NCBI GenBank assembly: GCA_052327205.1
Contig: CM126206.1
Location: 165,044,001 to 165,108,000 of the forward strand
Direction of reading: 5' to 3'
Origin: Somniosus microcephalus
Lineage: Eukaryota
DNA length: 64,000 nt
Part shown: positions 62,601-64,000 of the stretch, piece by piece
How positions within the stretch are numbered: the stretch's first letter is position 1
How the letters are laid out: each line of letters starts with the position of its first letter
The notes under the pieces: model-generated
What the model saw: the letters and a program-made list of their open reading frames with translations, nothing else
What the model was told of the DNA's origin: nothing
Databases searched by the model: none
Position numbers and translations under genes: made by a program

Positions 62601-64000
62601 TCTCTTCCCCCAGTCGCTCTCTCTCTTCCCCCAGTCGCTCTCTCTCTTCCCCCAGTCGCTCTCTCTCTTCCCCCCAGTCGCTCTCTCTCTTCCCCCCAGT
62701 CGCTGTCTCTCTTCCCCCGTCGCTCTCTCTCTTCCCCCCAGTCGCGCTCTCTCTTCCCCCCAGTCGCTCTCTCTCTGTCCCCCCAGTCGCTCTCTCTCTT
62801 TCCCCCAGTCGCTCTCTCTCTTCCCCCCAGTCGCTCTCTCTCTTCCCCCCAGTCGCTCTCTCTCTTCCCCCCAGTCGCTCTCTCTCTTCCCCCCCAGTCG
62901 CTCTCTCTTCCCCCCCAGTTGCTCTCTCTCTTCCCCCCAGTCGCTCTCTCTCTTCCCCCAGTCGCTCTCTCTCTTCCCCCCAGTCGCTCTCTCTCTTCCC
63001 CCCAGTCGCTCTCTCTCTTCCCCCAGTCGCTCTCTCTCTTCCCCCCAGTTGCTCTCTCTCTCTCTCTTCCAACAACAACATGCCCTCAAAAAAGCCTCGG
63101 CACCACTGGGCACTCCAGCTAGTATCTATCTATCTATATATATAAAAGGATACTTCTGTCTGTCATTCCATCTGTCTGTCTGTCTTCAATAAACTCGAAG
63201 GTTATAGAGCGTACCTACACGTGTGTTACATCGAAAGAAAGCTTACGATTCCAGAACTGTCATAAGCGTATTTACTTATCGGTCGGACAAAAATTGTTTG
63301 CGCGTTATGCAAAAATACCTTCAAAATTGAACTCATTATCTGCTAGTAGCATTGATTGACTGACGTCAAGGTCGACCAATCCTGTGCCGGCACGATTGAC
63401 CAATCCTACAGTTCAGTCGCCTGATGGTTGGCCAATCGCTGCGTCTGTGGGCGGCACTAATGCTTCTCAACTCAGGCATCGGGCAGCCATTGCTTCACTA
63501 CTTCCAGCTCAAAATCTGCTAATCCAGCTTCGAGAAAGTTAGTATCTCTTTTAAAAATTACATAACATTTATCAAAAACGTTTTATAAGTACTTTCACTT
63601 CCATCTTTGAAGCTATTGAAAAGTAGAAATGTTGCCCGGCAGCCGATTCACAGAGGGACACAGACAGGCCCGAAAGCCTGGGATTCGATTTAAAATGTTG
63701 CCCGGCAGCAGATTCACACAGGGACAGACAGACAGGCCCCAAAGCCTGGGACTCGATTTAAAGCGCCCGGCCCAAAACAGCCCTGGCAAAGCCGGGCTCC
63801 CCCAGCTAGTATCTATATATATAAGTCGGTACTTCTGTCTGTCTGTCTGTCTGTCATCGCGTGTGCGTCTGTCGGGTATGCGCTCGAAAGTTACAGGGCG
63901 TACCTACGCGCGCGTTACCTCCAAAAAAAGCTTACGCTTCCGAGACGGTTTTAAGCGTATTTACGTTTCGGCCGGGCTAAAATCGCGCCCGCGGTATCCC
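59663..64000 (+). mobile_element. Tandem array of non-autonomous Helitrons: units 59663-59897, 59900-63122, 63125-63809, 63812 to >64000
   Basis: Each unit starts TC(TA)n-rich-AA, then (CTGT)n and a shared GTTA(T/C)AG(A/G)GCGTACCTA...AAAGCTTAC block; completed units end with a GC hairpin (GCCCTGGC-AAA-GCCGGGC or a variant) about 8 nt before CTAG (CTA in unit 1); first unit follows an A, as expected for A|T insertion; no TIRs. Confidence 0.85.
62371..63068 (+). repeat. Minisatellite, ~22-bp unit CAGTCGCTCTCTCTCTTCCCCC(C), about 30 copies, preceded by a C-run tract (62080-62370)
   Basis: Directly visible; units vary mainly in CT-repeat and C-run length. Confidence 0.95.

Noticed and set aside
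62371-63068. CRISPR-like regular repeat
   Set aside because: Units are contiguous with no unique spacers; eukaryotic context and no cas genes.
61588-63192. Long ORFs (464, 469, 367 aa etc.) on both strands
   Set aside because: They arise from stop-free GC-rich and minisatellite sequence; the translations are low-complexity repeats.
45615-64000. CRPPA exon 7
   Set aside because: No segment resembling the human ...QCYNFVCVN exon was found; it probably lies beyond the window.

Overview
Vertebrate intronic DNA, most likely from a cartilaginous fish (inferred from the CR1 families, a SacSINE1-like DeuSINE and Penelope repeats). The only host coding sequence is three + strand exons of CRPPA/ISPD (14342-14446, 28614-28659, 45517-45614; 105, 46 and 98 bp, matching human exons 4-6). 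The rest is intron filled with nested transposons: a Mag-like Gypsy 3' half, a full-length CsRN1-clade Gypsy (LTRs, tRNA-Trp PBS, ATAT TSD), many CR1/L2-group LINE fragments, an Ingi/Vingi-like LINE, Penelope elements, tRNA-derived SINEs, a hAT MITE, and numerous PIF/Harbinger elements and MITEs with convergent transposase and spliced Myb/SANT genes. The most unusual structures are: (1) a head-to-tail array of at least four non-identical non-autonomous Helitrons (59663 to the window end) joined by a recurrent CTA(G)-TA-TC junction, one of which carries duplicated CCAAT/YY1 promoter modules, internal hairpin-CTAG termini and CpG-island first-exon-like cassettes; (2) three minimal hammerhead ribozyme motifs with compensatory stem-I changes in Penelope terminal repeats, two in the sense of the CRPPA pre-mRNA; (3) local templated duplications (a perfect 157-bp direct copy, and an inverted copy of a LINE/transposase junction next to a hairpin). 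All identifications were made by eye; no database searches were run.
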